32,000 nucleotides of DNA from Candidatus Saccharimonadota bacterium (GTDB lineage: Bacteria > Pseudomonadota > Gammaproteobacteria > Enterobacterales > Enterobacteriaceae). Location of the stretch: assembly GCF_964059045.1 (NCBI RefSeq), contig NZ_OZ060402.1:510001-542000 (forward strand), read 5' to 3'. The position numbers and the translations under genes are program-made. Below, piece after piece: positions 30,344 through 32,000 of this stretch. The notes under the pieces are model-generated. The model was given only the letters and a program-made list of their open reading frames with translations. It was not told the DNA's origin and did not search any database. Each line of letters starts with the position of its first letter. Position 1 is the first letter of the stretch.

Positions 30344-31051
30344 TTATAATAAAACTGATTCCAACGCTAATAATATCATATCATCAAATGTCTGTTCTCT
30401 ATCTTGAGAAGAAATATGTTCTTGATGCAGAATATGATCAGATACTGTACAAACAGATAAAGATTTTACTCCCAGTTCAGCTGATAAACCATATATTCCA
30501 GCTGTTTCCATTTCTATTCCTAAAATATTAAATTTTTTAATCAGAGTTAATCTAAAATCATCATTTTGACAATAAAACAAATCTGTACTAAATAAATTTC
30601 CAATTAAAATTGGAATTTGTAATTTTTTTGCAACCAATACCATGTTCATCATCATCTGAAAATCAGCTATAGCAGAAAAATCATAATTATTAAATCTTAT
30701 TCGATTTACTTGTGAATCTGTACAAGCTCCCATTCCAATAATAATATCTCTTAATTTTATATTTTTATGTATAGTACCACATGTTCCAATACGAATAATT
30801 TTTTTTACATTATATGATTTAACTAACTCATAAACATAAATTGAACAAGAAGGTATACCTATTCCATGACTTAAAACAGAAATCTTACATTTCTTATAAT
30901 AACCAGTAAAACCTAACATAGCACGAGTATTATTAACTAAAACACTATCCGTTAAATATTTTTCTGCAATATATTTTGCACGAAGTGGATCTCCAGGCAT
31001 TAATACAATATCTGAAAAATCATCTTTATTAGCATTGATATGAATAGTCAT
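30344..31051 (-). CDS. deoD: purine nucleoside phosphorylase DeoD-type
   Basis: 235 aa with HINA...[39 protein letters not shown]...[18 protein letters not shown] and ALESVLL. Confidence 0.96.
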   Translation of the reverse strand: MTIHINANKDDFSDIVLMPGDPLRAKYIAEKYLTDSVLVNNTRAMLGFTGYYKKCKISVLSHGIGIPSCSIYVYELVKSYNVKKIIRIGTCGTIHKNIKLRDIIIGMGACTDSQVNRIRFNNYDFSAIADFQMMMNMVLVAKKLQIPILIGNLFSTDLFYCQNDDFRLTLIKKFNILGIEMETAGIYGLSAELGVKSLSVCTVSDHILHQEHISSQDREQTFDDMILLALESVLL

Positions 31052-31135
31052 AAAAATTATTGTTTCCTATCATCTAAAAATGGTTAAATTTTAATCATTT
31101 TTTAAAAATGATAATCATTATCATCAAAAATATAT

Positions 31136-32000
31136 TTAAATCATACTAGTACCATAATGCATACTTGAAAGAGAAAAATACTGTGAAATAGTTTGAGCAA
31201 TATCCGAAAAAGTATTACGATGTCCTAAATAATGACTTTTATAACCAGGTCTATACAACAATATTGGAATAAATTCTCGAGTATGTTCTGAACCAATCCA
31301 AGTAGGATCACATCCATGATCTGCTGTAATAATTAATAAATCTTTTTTTTGTATTTTATTAATTATATTTAATAATTTTAAATCAAAAAATTCTAAACCT
31401 TTGGCATAACCGGAAACATCTCTTCTATGCCCCCAAACAGAATCAAAATCAACAAAATTTGTAAAAATTATTGAATTATCTTTAGCCTGATCAATTGCCA
31501 TATTTGTTTTTTCAAATAAATCTGCTAATCCATATGCTGGTATTTTTTGCGTAATACCTCTTCCTGAAAAAATATCTGATATTTTTCCAATACCAATAAC
31601 TTCTCCATGTTTTTCTAAAATTAATTTTTCCATGACTGTACGTTCATTTATTGCAATTGAATAATCTTTACGATTATTCGTTCTTGTAAATTCTTTTTTG
31701 TTATTACCTAAAAATGGTCTAGCGATGACTCTTCCAATATTATATTTTGTATTATTTAAAATATTACGTACTGAACAAGATAGTTTATAAAGATTATTTA
31801 AACCAAAAAAATTTTCATGACAAGCAATTTGAATAACAGAATCCATTGAAGTATAAAAAATTGGTTTACCAGTATGAATATGTTCTTCTCCAAACTGTTG
31901 TAATATTGTAATGCCAGAAGAATGACAATTACCAATAATTCCAGGAATATTACAGTGTGAAATAATATTTTCTAATAATTCTTCAGGAATACTAGATTTT
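31136..32000 (-). CDS. deoB: phosphopentomutase, C-terminal ~287 codons; the 5' end runs off the window
   Basis: The frame stays open upstream of the ORF-track Met at 31846 to the window edge (..[45 protein letters not shown]), matching E. coli DeoB ([37 protein letters not shown]). Downstream matches include [26 protein letters not shown].GYA and [15 protein letters not shown].IP. Confidence 0.95.
   Translation of the reverse strand, partial: [287 protein letters not shown]

Overview
This window is an extremely A+T-rich, gene-dense, almost entirely minus-strand core-genome segment from a genome-reduced gammaproteobacterial insect endosymbiont of Enterobacterales descent. Gene order is tsaC | def-fmt | rplQ-rpoA-rpsD-rpsK-rpsM-rpmJ-secY, then the spc and S10 ribosomal-protein operons | tuf-fusA-rpsG-rpsL | tusB-tusC-tusD | argD | tsgA | trpS-rpe-aroB-aroK | tRNA-Ser(GGA) | deoD-deoB. 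This is E. coli K-12 synteny with whole blocks deleted. From memory it matches the Buchnera aphidicola arrangement, but that attribution is an inference and was not searched. Proteins are near full length relative to E. coli, with catalytic motifs intact where I checked. The code is standard (TGA is the fusA stop, Trp is TGG). I count 48 protein genes, two of them cut by the window edges; rpmJ and tsaC were found by hand because they are missing from the ORF track. There is one tRNA. I see no CRISPR array, no transposase, integrase or phage genes, no toxin or defence-like ORFs, and no unexplained long ORF. All 13 plus-strand ORFs that overlap minus-strand genes are antisense artefacts. I therefore cannot support a novel protein-coding system in this window. 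What the annotation does not explain is non-coding. Two mismatch-free long palindromes are present: 47-bp arms at 2096-2191 and 48-bp arms at 29917-30016. The second abuts another inverted repeat that encloses a 21-nt poly(A) run. Both lie at deletion or rearrangement junctions, inside otherwise decayed AT-rich spacer. Lesser items are several 0.4-0.6 kb gene-loss scars, hairpins at operon boundaries (one covering the fusA tandem stop), twin 16-bp palindromes in the argD/tsgA divergent region, and long in-frame poly(A) tracts inside coding regions. All hairpin and promoter functions are inferred from sequence alone. No folding energies, database searches or base-composition statistics were computed.
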